DNA of 64,000 nt from Glaucostegus cemiculus (Eukaryota). The translations under genes were made by a program, and so were the position numbers. The stretch covers positions 1,922,001 to 1,986,000 of the forward strand of contig CDPCPM010000281.1 of assembly GCA_976551045.1 (NCBI GenBank). Direction: 5' to 3'. The notes under the pieces were generated by a model. It did no database searches and was not told the origin of the DNA. It was given only the letters and a program-made list of their open reading frames with translations. Below, piece by piece: positions 26,250 to 39,030 of this stretch. Within the stretch, counting starts at the first letter, position 1; every line of letters begins with the position of its first letter.

Positions 26250-26570
26250 CTTTGGCTGTCCGTGTGGAGTTTGCATGTTCACACTGCAAAGGTGTGGATT
26301 TCTTCTAAGTATTCTGGATTCCCTCCATATCCCAAAGGCATGCTGCTTAGTAGGGTTAGGGTTAGCTTGTTGTAAAGGGGTAGGGTTAAAAGCTTGTTGT
26401 AAACTACCCAAGGTGTAGTTGGGTGGTAGAAGAATTCCAGGTGGATTTAATGGTCATGTGAGAGAGAATAAATTACAGGAAAACAGTGGGAGAATTTGAT
26501 TTATGGGAATGCACTAAGAGCTGCATAGACTTAATGGGCCAAAGGTCTCCAGGTTATAAGAAAATATGAG
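26250..26570 (+). mobile_element. HE1-like V-SINE, diverged, with a small internal duplication
   Basis: GTGTGGAGTTTGCATGTTC...CCCTCCATATCCCAAAGGCATGC...ATGGGCCAAAGGTCTCC; AGCTTGTTGTAAA occurs twice. Confidence 0.75.
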
Positions 26571-29384
26571 AATAATTACATTGCTGCCGCAACCATCCTT
26601 TTTACTCAGAGTAGCAGCAGTCGTTGCTAAATTAGCCTGGTAGGTTTTGCTTTGGAGGGACTGTTCACCAGTTTGCAGTTAATTTGAGAAATTTGGCAGT
26701 GATGGATCTTTTGAATTAGTTTCCAAGGGTTGTTTGGTTATTGGTAGTAAGTATTTGTTGTATTCTTGGAGATCAGCTAGAAAAACAGCAGGAGAACTCC
26801 TGCCCAGTTCAAGAAGAACTTGGAAGTAAAATTTGTCATGTTCTTTTGTTTTGTTACAGGGTTCTAGGAAGTCCATTTAAATCAAATTAATAATGAACTC
26901 TAAATTCACCACCAAAACAAAAGTGTGGAGGATTGTGGAAGCAGTTTAAAAAAAATTGAAAAGGACGTGGTCTCACTTCCAGGGTAAATCCATCCCTTCA
27001 TGGAGACTCCACATTTAGACATGGTGGAGGCAGTCCCATTCATAGGGGGATGCTAATTTTGGGTTCCTGTGTTATACTGTTGTTGGTTAGATATGGGCGA
27101 GTCGTATCCCAAAAACAGCAAGATGTTCAAAGCAGTGACTGGTGCTATGGAATCCAGTCAAATCATTATGACAGGCCCAAATCTGTAATATGTTGAACTG
27201 TTTTTGGCAGTGACCTTGACATTGACAACACGGGTGAACAGACTTCCAATATCTCCATTGTGTCAAAGGAATAATTTGTTTCTCAGGAATCCTAAGGAAA
27301 GGAACAAGAAAAAAAATTGAAATGTTAAGGTTGTAAATGTTGTAGTATGCCTAATAACTGTGAACAATTTGTTCTCTCTGGAGTTTGCTCATTTACTTCT
27401 GTAGTTAAAGGTCTCTTTCTCCCCGAAGACTCTTCTGACACATTTATATCATAGCTGTTTCCAATAGCAACATACCGATTTGACCTCTTTTAACAGCACA
27501 GCAAGCAAAGAGTGTCCACATGATGTGAAGTACACAATGTGACGTTAATGACCTTCAGTGATTTCCCTGCATCTGACCATTTACCCTCTGCTTTTTTGCT
27601 TTGTGAAGATTTGACTTGACAAAGAAATGGTGGTGGTTCATTCCCATGTGCATTAAATTCAGGTTTTCCAATAAACTTTGCAGATCGGTTTATAATTAGA
27701 CTAATCCTTAAATGCTGTTTGCTAGTTTATACTTTTTGGAGAGATTTCCTGTTTCCGTGATGTATGACTCTATGGATATGGTAGGCAATGCAGATAAATA
27801 TTCTGTATTCTTCTGCACTCCACACACTTATAACACTCAAAAATAAAGATGATCATTATTTACTTGTGTGCTAATTTCAAAATCTCAGTTATTTTTATGA
27901 ATTAATCTGAAATCAAATTAACTCCATTTAAAATATGAAGTAACATAATGCATCTTTTAGAGTGGTGGACAATAAAACGTGTGCAAGCATTTGATCATTT
28001 TTGTCATAAACACAGTCTTGGTCTTATCCTGATGTATTCCACAAAGTCTGGGTACAAAGCTGTAGTCCCAGTTCCTACCCATACTCCCAGTGGGGATACT
28101 ACATGGAGCATGTGATTGTTTAATTACTTCTAACATGGTCTTGCACAAAGCTGGCATTTCTAATTCACATAATCACAGATAATGTTATCTTAATACCTTT
28201 GTTTTCCAAATGCCCTTGGAAGAATCTGCTGTTAATAAGCTTTTGGGTTTAATGAAGCTTTTATGTTAATTACCCTTCTCTTGGTAAATGGACCTCTTAT
28301 CAACTGAATGTTTTGACACTGACATTATGTGTTGCATATCTTGTTTTGTACCTCTCACTAGGTTATAAGACACACCCTAGGAACTGGCTGAAAGACTTTT
28401 AAATGTGCAGAGGTTCAAGGTAGGAAATTTAGCATTGGGCTGAGCTGTTTGCAGAGTTTGCCATAATGAAAACCAGAGTTCTCAAAGGCCAAGAGTGAGA
28501 ATTATGAGAGAGAAGGCAAGGAACATGGCAGAAAATGATCTGAAGACATGGCCAATGACATGGAGCCAATGGGAGTGTTGAACAAATTGGGCAAAATATC
28601 TGCAGCTGAATCCTGGACAGCTCAGGGAAGGTTATAACATTTAGGAAGTTGTCCAACGAGATATTCATTGCAAAGGAGCAAAAAGAGAGGTTAGGTTTTC
28701 TGTAGCATTGTAGGTAAGCTGAGTGTAAAAAGAACATTGCTGCAGAGATGGAAAGAATTATTTTGGTGATGAGTAGGAAATGGTGTTTGAAACTTGAATG
28801 TGAACAAGTATTTTGCATTGACTGTTCAGTGCTATCAAATGACTGTGGAGGGGAATGCTGGCAAGGGAACAATGTTAGTGGGATGATTCACTTTAACTTA
28901 CAGCAAGCAGTCCTGTTGCAAATTATACCTAACTGTCCTTGGTGCCCAGTGTTGCTTCGATGGCAGATTCCAGAAAAAAAAACTTTGCATCTCAATTTAC
29001 AATGGCAGCAATGAGTGCTGCCAGGAATCCAGAGTTTGAGCGACTATTCCGTCACCATGCCAGGTGAACCTTTCCATGGTTGCAAAGAATATTCCAAGGC
29101 AAGAAAATTGTTAGTGGTTAGGAGGATATTACTGTGTCAGGCAAAATGGTTAAGCATTTCTTTCAGCCCCTAGTTTGAGGAAATTGGTGAATATTTGCTG
29201 ACCTGCTATCCCTCAGAGACATATGGATATAATAGCTATAGTATGGCTTTGAAATTGTACTAAGTGGCTCTTCTATTCAAACTGTTGATAAATAGCTGTA
29301 ATTCATGCATTGTAATGATTTGATATGTGAAGCTGTTGGAAGATGTGATTGGGGCAGGTCTGGAATTTGTAAGCTGCATTGCAA

Positions 29385-30815
29385 ATATAGAAGCAAAGAA
29401 AGTAGGAGCAGGAGTAAACCTTTTGGCCTTCAGTATAATTATGACAGATCTTCTACCCCAACACTACATTCCTGCTCTCTCCCTTGATGTCTTTGTGTCT
29501 AAAAATAAATCTATCTCCTACCTCAAATATAATGAGTGACTTGTTGTGGACTCTCCAGCCAAGGGAAACATTCTTCCTGCATTGAGTCCGTCTATCCCTG
29601 TCAGAATTGTGTACCTTTCAGTGAGATCCTCTCGTTCTTTTAAACACAAGACAATACAGAGCTATCTGATTCAATCTTTCCTCATTTGTCTGTCCTACCA
29701 TCCCAGGAGTCAGTATGGTGAAAGTTTAATGCAGTTCTGCGATGATTATATATCTCCTTTTTTTTAGGTAAGGAGACTAAAACTGCATACAATCCTTTGG
29801 TGAGACCACACTTGCCTGCATAATCATAATAAGATGTCTGTACTACTGTACTCTTGCAATGAAGGCCACGTTACCAATTGCCTGCTTTAGCACTGATGTA
29901 CCTGCATGTCTGCTTTCAGTGATTTGTGTACAAGGACACCAAGGATCCTTTGTACATCAACATATCTCCATCTATCACTGTTAAAATAATGCTCTGCCTT
30001 TCTGTTTTTCCTACCAAGGTGGATAACTTCACATTTATCCATGTTATATTGCATCTGTTGTGCATTTACACATTCACTCAACTTGTCCAGATCACCTTGA
30101 AGACTCTTTGCACCCTCGTGAAAACTTGCATTTCCATCCAGTTTTGTGTTATCAGCAAACCTAGAAATACTACATTTTAGATTGGTATAAATTGTGAATA
30201 GCCACTTTTGAAATTGTCCCTAGCATCTTCTCTACTACTGTCTGTAGTTCCCTGTTTTTGTTCTCCCTCTTTTTTAAATGGTGGTGTCAAATTTGCCACT
30301 CTCTTAACTGCTGGAACCTATGGAATTTTGGAAGATGGCAATCAATGCGTCCACTACTTCCACGGCTATAATACTTTGGGATGTAGATCATCTAGCTGAG
30401 AGTGGCTCATTGGCTTTCAGTCCCATTAACTTCTCCTGCAATCTTTTATTTATAAATACCAAGTTCCTTCAATTTTTTTTCTTATTTTATTTCTGGTTTC
30501 CCAGCATTTCTGGAAAGTTATCCATGTCATCTTCCACAAAGAAGAAAGAACTTGTTTAATTGCTTTACTGTTTCTTTGTTGCTCATCATCAATTCTCATA
30601 TTTCTGATGTTAGACCTGTATTTGTTAAAAAGACAAAGATTACTGAAATAACAAGTTTTTTAACAGTCCATTTTATGTCCCTTTCACGTTTTCTTATTTT
30701 CTGTTTTTCTCTCTCAGTCAAACTCTTGGTCTTTTCATTTTGCCAAATTCTAAACTGCTTCCAATTCTTGGACCTTCTGCTTTTTCTGGCAGTGTTGTAT
30801 GCCTCATCTTTAAAT
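29385..30815 (-). mobile_element. CR1-type LINE remnant (RT region to 3' tail, with internal deletions)
   Basis: ORF 29887-30081 QMQYNMDKCEVIHLGRKN...RILGVLVHKSLK is a typical CR1 ORF2 motif. GTGTTATCAGCAAA is antisense FADN(T). Tail AGTAGGAGCAGGAGTAAACC. Confidence 0.85.
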
Positions 30816-32061
30816 GGTTGTTTTCAAGGATAAGATAAGGATACACAGGGCTGCAGTCAAAGACTTTAATCTGAGCAAATAGTTGGAATGAATTGTAAAT
30901 GTGGAAGGTTTATGGGTGACATTTGCTGTGTGCTGTTTTGTGCTCTCTGATGCATGGTTCTGTTCCATTGCCAGATTCCCTGTTCTCTTGCACCTGTTCT
31001 CAGCTCCTGCAGGAATTGGAAACCAAATTCATTGTGGTTGCTGTCTCCTGCTAGATATGATGTCCTGGGAAAGATATCATGGAGTGTACCCACCTCATTT
31101 CACCAGCTGTTTATAAAGCTGATCTAGTCTGTTATGCAGCTACGCATTAGGTTTGACTTGTTTTTGCCAGATGCCACCCTTCTCTCAACTGCTTTCCTTT
31201 GTTGCACAGCCCTTTGCACTTGAAACATTTAAGTCTTTGCATTTCGTATCCGGTGATCATATCACTTCAGGTTTATTTTACAAGCTGCATTTTAAGCCAA
31301 CAAGTTGGGAAAGACTAGAATAATTTGGTAAAAGAAAATTGCTTTAAATACTTTCTGAAGTGTCTCAGTCAAGTGTTAAAGGTTGTCATTTTAAAAAAGC
31401 TGGCTTTGAATTTACCCAGCGATTTTGTAAAGGCATTTAGCATAAAGCATTTTTCACAGTTTTAGATAAATATATTGCATGAGGTAAGATGCAGGTAGCA
31501 AGTTTTGAAATTTGCTGAAATGAGTGATTTTTGCACTGAATAGTAAAATTGTTCATTCACACACAATGTGCATTCCCAGGATTTGAAATGACTTTGATTT
31601 GACATCACACTTTTGATTGCAAAATCAGCTTTTGAGCATTGTAGCCATCTGGATCCAGTGAAATTGGACAGTCTGTATGGTGGAGGAAATACTGTGGGGT
31701 TTGCAGGGTCAATCACAATGACTTTCCTGGGCTTGGTTTTACCTATGCATTTTGTTTGAACTCTAGACTCAAACAAGACTTAGAGATGGGATAGGAAAAT
31801 GTACCTTTCGGGAGTGGCTCGATAAAGCTAATGGAAATGGCAGAAAACATATGTAATTGCATGTGGGCAGGATATAATAAAAATCAGATCTTTTAGGAAT
31901 GCTGTCTATTCCCAAGCAAGCCAGCTGTGTTCAGAATGACAGCAGTCTGTGAGGGCAGGTCCACAGATGATGAGCAGAGGAGACTGCCACAGCTACATCA
32001 AATGCAGCAGTTTCTTTTCATTGTTTTTCTTTAATTATTCCTTTGTGGGATCACCTTGGTA

Positions 32062-32295
32062 ATTGGTTTATTTTTGTCACTTGCACTGAGGTACAGTGAA
32101 AAAACCTGCCTGCATACCGATCACACAGGTCAATTCATTACACAATGCAGTTACATTGAGTTAGTACAAAGTGCATTGAGGTAGTACAGGTAAAAACAAT
32201 AACAGTACAGAGCAAAGCGTCACAGCTACAGAGAAAATGCAGTGCAATAAGGTGCAAGGTCACAACAAGGTAGGTCATGAAGTCAGAGTCCACAT
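32062..32295 (-). mobile_element. Rex1/Babar-type LINE 3' UTR
   Basis: Closely similar to 54793-55025; starts ATTGGTTTATTTTTGTCACTTG. Confidence 0.75.
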
Positions 32296-32411
32296 ACAAG
32301 GTCAGTGCTGATTGTTCATCCCTACTTGCAAATTTGTTTATTTCAGAGAACATTTAAGAGCCGACCACATTGATGTGGGTGTGGAGTCAGATTGGAGAGG
32401 GATGGCAGGTT

Positions 32412-32530
32412 TTTAGGGTCTCAACCCAAAACGTTGATCATCCCTCTGCCTCCACAGATGTTACTTGACCCACTGAGTTCCTCCAGCAGTTTGTTTTGTG
32501 CTCCAGATTCTAGCATCTGCGGTTTCTTGC
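32412..32530 (+). mobile_element. Penelope-type terminal repeat remnant
   Basis: AGGGTCTCAACCCAAAACGTTGA...CCTCCACAGATGTTACTTGACCCACTGAGTTCCTCCAGCAG...TAGCATCTGC. Confidence 0.75.
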
Positions 32531-33104
32531 GATTCCATTTTCTTTCTTGTAGGTGCTTTCGCAATTACTAATGATACCAGCTAGCTTTACGTTCCATTCA
32601 TTCAGATTTCCTGGCAGTGTGGTGGGATTAGAATTGGTGTTTTCTGATAGTCCAGGTATTGGGACTACTATTCCCATAACATAAGCACTGCAATAAATTT
32701 AAGGAGTATGATAGCTTAATGTTTACATTGAAGTAATATGCCTAGATTTTACAATTGCTATTGACCTACAGAAATGTCCATCCCTGAATATTTCCTCTGA
32801 GCAACCCCCAGTGGTGAGGTCACACAGAGCGAGTGAGTCTTGTGGACATTCAAGGCATCACATGATGCAGCAGAATAGATCCTGCCTGTTAAACAGCATT
32901 AAAAAAAATCTTTGATACCTGTGAAGCCAAACCCTCTGGCTCAACCAGCTGTCAAATGTGATTATTTCACTAACATTTAAGAACAAGTCTAACAAAAAAT
33001 TCCAACAATTTAAAAACAAAAGCTATTCATTCCCTAAATATGGAAGAACACTAAATACTTAACTATACTTTATCATTGTAAGATATTTAAAGTTTTTAAG
33101 TGTA

Positions 33105-33465
33105 CAAGTGACCGGATAGAGATATATAAGATCATGAGGGGCATAGACAGGGTGAAAGCACATAGTCTCTTTCCCAGGGAGGGGGTGCTAAAAACAAGAA
33201 GGCATAAGTTTAAGGTCAGAGGCAAGAGATTTAAAAGAGACATCAGAGGCAGATTCTTCATGCAAAGGGTGATGTGTATTTGGAATGAGCTGCCAAAAAT
33301 AGTGGTCGAGGTGGGCAAATTAGCAACATTTAAAAGCCATCTAGATAAGTACATGGATAGGAGAGGTTTAGAGGTCCAAACATGGGCAAATGGGAACTAG
33401 CCCGCAATGCAACGCAGTCAGTGTGGATGAGTCGGGCCAAAGGGCCTGTTTCCATGCTGTTTGTA
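33105..33465 (+). mobile_element. HER1/CR1 LINE 3' end (ORF2 C-terminus and tail)
   Basis: ORF 33134-33400 MRGIDRV...TRRHKFKVRGKRF...FFMQRVMCIWNELP...FKSHLDKYM; tail GGGCCAAAGGGCCTGTTTCCATGCTGT. Confidence 0.92.
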
Positions 33466-36400
33466 AGTGATTTTTTTTAAAGTGCTGTAACTTAACTAAA
33501 ACCAAACTTTGTCCTTTGTTCCATACATGGCACTGGTTCTTTGGCTGAGTTCCCCAGAGCAAGTCCTGAGGAATTGACACTGGTGGCCTCTATGAGGAGC
33601 CCAGTGTCAGAGTACATTTTTTAAAAACACTGTAAATGGCTGGAAGCTACTTCTGCATTGATGCAGAAGCCCTAAGTTACTGTCAGTTTGGCAAGGAACT
33701 GTCAGTGGTTATTTCCCTGCAAGATAGACTTTCAAATTTTGTCTTTTTCCAAGAGCATGATCTCTTTAAACCAAAGTAGAATCAGCTACGTTAGCAAAAA
33801 AATCTGCTCAGCCTGAAACTAATACAAACTGGAGTTATCTGGATTCTCTCAACTGCTTATCTGCCCCCTAAGCTTGGAAGCCTAAATATCTATTTCACCA
33901 GACCCTACCAAATATATGAAGCAAAATCAAAAGAAGTCAAGGCAGGAATACAGAAGCACTGAATAAGAATCGCAATATAATATGATAGAATATTGGACTC
34001 TATATTTCTGACCTAGTGTTAACGGCTTTCTTGTAATTTGTCTTTTTGGATTGTGGAATTGTGATGATTGCATCAATTTTACTTAATTTCAGTGGAATAA
34101 ACACACCAAATAAGACAATTGAAACATCTTTATTACTGTTAATATTAATGAAGAGAAGCGCCAATAAAGGAAGGGTATGAATATAGTTTTTAAATTGAAT
34201 ACGCATGGATGTAATTCTAGGAATGATGTCATGCTTGGTGACATCACTACAAAGTGCAACCACTGTAAAGAATTTCAACGTTTACAAAAGAAGTAGCCTT
34301 GACAAGTATTGTCTTAAGTACACAGAACCAATGCAGGGCCAAGTTAAAAATTGTCCATGCAGAGTTGGATTTAACTGTGTGATTGGAATAGATTGAATGG
34401 TTTGAGGTGCCTACTCATGCCACTTCTTTATAATGTGGCCATCAGGATGACTGCAGGTTGCTATCAGCAGAACAGCAGGACTTCTTTGTAGTTAATATGA
34501 AGGTGAGTAAATACCAGACACATTCGAACCTTCATTATTCTCCTTCCTTGTATATTGTCTCCTGACATCACTATTTCAAGAAATCTTTGTCAGGAACTGA
34601 GGTTGGGTGTTAGGGGCCATGGGGCTTTTTAATGATGTTCAAGCAATCCCAGTCAGGCGTGCAGTCATCAGTCTCTCAGAATGCTGACAAGATGCTGATT
34701 TCAGTATTAAAATGATCAGCTGCCGAGCGAAGCTCATGTATTTCTGGCTTTGCTTGAGACTTTCACAGTACAAGCGGCCATACTCATTCAACCAGTTCAG
34801 AAAATAACAAAGGGACTTCCAAGCTGCACTCTTCAGAGTAAATAATTTAAACAGCCCAACACAGGAAAGACTTATATTGAAATTGTTCTTCATGAATTTG
34901 CTGTTTTCGGGGGGGAAAAAAATACCAGGAGACATTCTGTAACTTGTGCTTGCTTCTACACTTGATGAAGATAAGGTCCCTAGGAAAGGCTAGTGAGGGT
35001 ACATTGTTCATTAGGTTAGGTCACATCATATTGGTCACTGCACTGAATTTCACACTTCTGGCAAGGACTTTACGGCACTGTGGCAGTAGTACTGCTGGGC
35101 ACCAGCAGGGGTCTGTGCTCCTTGAATCCAGATGCAGAGTTATCACCTGTAGTATTAGTCATTATCCAGAGATACATGGGTCATGAAAACCCTTGGCATG
35201 TTTGGAATAAACCTGCCCAATAGTTGATATTGTTGGAGATAATGAGAAGGTGCCGTGAATGCTGCTGGATTCCCTTGTGTTAAGGAGTACTTAGGCCTAT
35301 TCCTACATTTTGAGACAACACCTAATAAATGCAACTCTTAGGTACTTTCCAAATCTGGCTGTGTATCACTACAACTGAGCACATGCAATGATGAGAATCA
35401 AAGTACAGCAAACAGCAGAGGACTTAAAGAATGCTTTGGCTTTTAATTGCTCAGGATGCAATCCTGTGAAAGTTTTGCGCACCATAGCCATGCACAGCTC
35501 TACAGCAAGGCATTCACAGGCACGTGTGATATGGGCAGAATCCAATATGCCAGGATGTTCATGAAGAAGCCTGGTACAGTCTCTCATAGGTCACATGATT
35601 AAGTAAGTACCTCTCAGCACTGCGTTTGCAGCATTCATCTATCCTATATAATAGGCAAATGGAGCATTAGATTTGCTTTCTCTTGGATGTTCTTTTGGAT
35701 ACAGTGGTGCTAGTCACTCCTGGAGGTGGTATAATGCCTTTCATCTTGGAGTATGTCCAGGCTACCCAATCAAACTTTGGCCCACTCCTTCTCATGTTCC
35801 AAATGACAGAGAAACCACAAGATATAAGAACAAGAAGCCCTTGTAATCCAAATGTAATATTGGGTATTTTGAAAATGCCTACTTAATGCACCTCTCCAAT
35901 CTTTGCCAAAGAAGATTGGAGAGATAGGGTTTAATAAGTTGCTTTACATTTCAAAAGGAGTACAGAAAGTAACAGTGAAAATGTCCACAACTCTGTATTC
36001 CATTTCTCTTCTAAAGTATGTGGATAAAATAATAAACTGCATGACTTTTGATTCTGTGGTTTGTCTTGATTTTGGCATTGCCTTTCTATTGAACTACATC
36101 CAAATGTGAAAACTGTCCTTCTGTATTTGTCATTTTTCAGTACCTCTCTCCTGCTTAAATACTGCTGGACTAAGGTGGTGATTTGTCAATGAAATATCAT
36201 CCTGGTCTAAGACAAATGACCCTTATAGTATCTGCGTGAAGCAGATTGTAAACTGTGACATTTAACAAACCAGCCTGGCTGGAATCAATCCACTTCTTTT
36301 ATGGCTAGCCAATAGTTGTCTTTTGTTCTGAATCTGTCAGCATACACATACAAAATACAACACATGAAGAAAATATAATTCCAATATCCTTTCTGCTGGG

Positions 36401-36523
36401 GGGAAGAAACTTGATTAGTAGTACCAAATTGTAACACATACCCTTTACAACAATTCCCAAGGCTGAATCTCGATACTCGTGTATTCCTTCTCATCAGAAA
36501 AATCATTGCAAGATAATGAAGCA

Positions 36524-36562
36524 TGCTTGCTGATCATGTTGAGAGTGCTTGCTGATCATGTT
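36524..36562. repeat. Short tandem duplication, TGCTTGCTGATCATGTTG x2
   Basis: Two copies separated by AGAG. Confidence 0.8.
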
Positions 36563-36614
36563 GTTGCTGAGTAGCTACCAACCACTTGTACATTGTCATA
36601 GTTTCTATGTTGAC

Positions 36615-36800
36615 ATGAGACTGCAGACGCTGGAATCTGGAGCAACGCTCAAAGCACTGTAGGAGCTCTGGTCAGGCAGTATCCATGAAGGAAAATGGAC
36701 AGTTGATGTTTCGTGTCACTCAAAATGTCAACTGTCCATTTCCCTTCACAGATGCTACCTGATCCGTTGAGTTCCTCCAGCCCTTTGGGTGTTGCTCCAG
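36615..36800. mobile_element. Palindromic Penelope-type repeat centred on hammerhead stem II
   Basis: CTGGAGCAAC...AATGGACAGTTGATGTTTCG / AAAATGTCAACTGTCCATT...GTTGCTCCAG. Confidence 0.8.
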
Positions 36801-37379
36801 AGTTTCTCTGTGCTGTACATGAACCTGTCTAACTCAGCTTAATCTGTTGTGCCCTTATGAGCTAAAATTGTAAAGGTGGCAAAGCTTGACTGTGAGTCAG
36901 AGCCTGAGGCGGGTGTTATACCTCTGAGCTGGATCATGGGAAAACCCTATCAGCAGACTACATCAGAGTTGCAGAGGCTGCACAATAGTTTGCATGTGTA
37001 CAGTCACTGAAGGCAGATTGTAGGGAGGTTCTTCACGTGGAGATGTTCAGGAAAGCCCCAGCCTTGCTCTTGGTAGCTTTAGCCAGGACCTTGCTTGATC
37101 ATCTGGGTACCTGATGACACCAGCGAATTCTGTCACTGCTTTGGTGATCAACCTAAAAATCGATGAGATCATGTTGTGTTACGGAGGTCAAGCCTTCGGT
37201 CAGGTGCACTCCATGACGGGTACCTACTTTTGTGTTTCAGGTTTATCTGGTAACTGCTGCTTTTCTCTTCTCCTAATTACTTTAACATCTTCCTTCCATC
37301 TTATAAAAAGCTTAGTATTTATACTTATGTGTAGATTTTATAAGTCCAGATATAGATTCCTCAGTTACAGGTTGCTCTT

Positions 37380-37712
37380 AAAAATCTCTGTCAGTCTCCT
37401 CACTTGCTTCCCTCAGTATCCTGAGATAGATTCCATCACACCCTGGGGTCTTATCCACCTTAATGTTTTTCAAGAAATCCATCACCACTTCATCCTTAAT
37501 GTTGACAGGCCCCAGAATATCATGTACCTTTTCCTGATCTTACCATCATCCATGTCTTTTTCCTTGGTGAATACTGCTATGAAGTACTTATTTAGGATCT
37601 CATCTCTTTCTCTGGCTCCTCTCTGTCATTTTGAGTGTACCTACTCTTTCCATTGCTACTCGCTTGTTCCTAATATATGTATAAAATGCTCTGGGAGTCT
37701 CCTTACAGAGAA
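37380..37712 (-). mobile_element. CR1 ORF2 internal fragment (pre-RT region)
   Basis: CCCTGGGGTCTTATCCACCTTAATG is antisense to IKVDKTPG; AAGTACTTATTTAGGATCTC is antisense to EILNKYF. Confidence 0.75.
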
Positions 37713-38344
37713 CTAGCAACTAGAACAAGTACCTTTTGGCCCTTTTGAATATTAATCTCAAAATGTCTTGGCACATTATTTGTTTTTAATTATCTTGAGG
37801 GTCACAACTTGTGGGGTAGGTGAGGCCTTATTGAGCAATCATGTTACTATAATATGTAAATGTTGGATATTCTGCCATTCCAAGTGCTGTTCACTGTGAA
37901 TGGAAATTGGTGGTTTTGCAATAGGTTTTTATTTTAGGAGTATGTACTGAATTGTGTGTGTCAGTGAAGGATTAATTATTTGGTCATGAAAGCACAGTTA
38001 CTATAAATCATCAGCGTAAATCAATGGAATTTCCTTTCAGTTCACATTTGTCGCATCTTTCGTGTAGTGCAAATTAAAATAGGCTCTTTTATTCTACAGG
38101 AACATAATCTTGCCAAACCAACATTGTCAGACACTCAATTTGTTTACCTTTTATAAATGTTTGGTGCAAAGTGACATCTTACCAGTTGTGTTTTGATTCG
38201 TACCAGCCTTGAGCCTTGACCACACTGACACTGTTGCAAAGCATGTGTGCACTGTGATTGGTCAATCAGGTTTTATATGTCTTATATATATAAAATAATG
38301 CACCTATTTGCTAAATACTTTTTAAAATTTTTGAAAGCTGAGAG

Positions 38345-39030
38345 TTACTGCCAATTAACCATCTCTATTTGCCCTTGAGAAGGCAGTAGTGAGCAGCCTT
38401 CTTGAAGTGGAATCCTTCTTGGTGAAGGTACACCCACAGTGCTGTTTAGAAGTGAGTTTCAGGATTTAGACCCAGTGATAATGAAGGACCAGCGATTACG
38501 TTTCCGGGTCAGGACAGAGCGTGACTTGGAGGAAAACCTGTAAGTAGTGCTGTTCCCATCCTCCTGCTTCCCTTCTCATGCTTGGTGGTTGCAGCTGCAG
38601 GTTTTGGAGTACAGCAAGTAACTGCCATGTGTTTTATTTAAATGGTTCACGCTGTGGCTACTGTGCACCAGTGGTGGCGGAAATAAATGTTAGCCTGATT
38701 GATGAGGTGAAAATCAAATGGACTGCTTTGCCGTTGATGGTGCTGAGCTTTTTGGGATTTGTTGAAGGTATACTCATCCAGACAGGTAGAGAGAATTCTA
38801 TCACGTTCCTGATTTGTGTCTTGTAGATGGTGTAAAGGCCTTGAGATGTCTGGATTTGAGTCACTCACTGCAGGATACCCAGCCTCTGACCTGCTGTTGT
38901 CATCACTGTATTTTTGTGACTGGTTCAGCTGAGTTTCTGATCAATGATGAACCATAGGATATTGATAGCTGGGCATTCAGCAGTGGGGATGCCACAATGT
39001 CAGATGTGGGTGGAAAGATTATCTGTTATC
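38345..39030 (-). mobile_element. CR1/L2-group LINE 3' portion (YKAQVR family)
   Basis: ORF 38658-38864 GLYTIYKTQIRNVIEFSLPVWM...KKLSTI is the same family as 45444-45875. Confidence 0.8.

Noticed and set aside
26351-26365. Telomere-like TAGGGTTAGGGTTAG
   Set aside because: Only about 2.5 units, and it lies inside a SINE at the GGTAGGTTA motif with a local duplication.
26860-26983. Good acceptor (TTTTGTTTTGTTACAG) with a moderate donor (AGG|GTAAAT)
   Set aside because: Stops in all three frames. A non-coding exon cannot be supported without transcript data.
32170-32200. let-7 miRNA gene
   Set aside because: Only the first 10 nt match, there is no precursor hairpin, and it lies in a Rex1 tail.
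35095-35115. CTCF-like motif CCAGCAGGGGTCTG
   Set aside because: Mismatched in the GGC core and isolated.
37114-37716. Longest ORF (200 aa)
   Set aside because: Its second half is the antisense strand of a CR1 remnant. The composition is Leu/Ser/Phe-rich with no recognisable domain.
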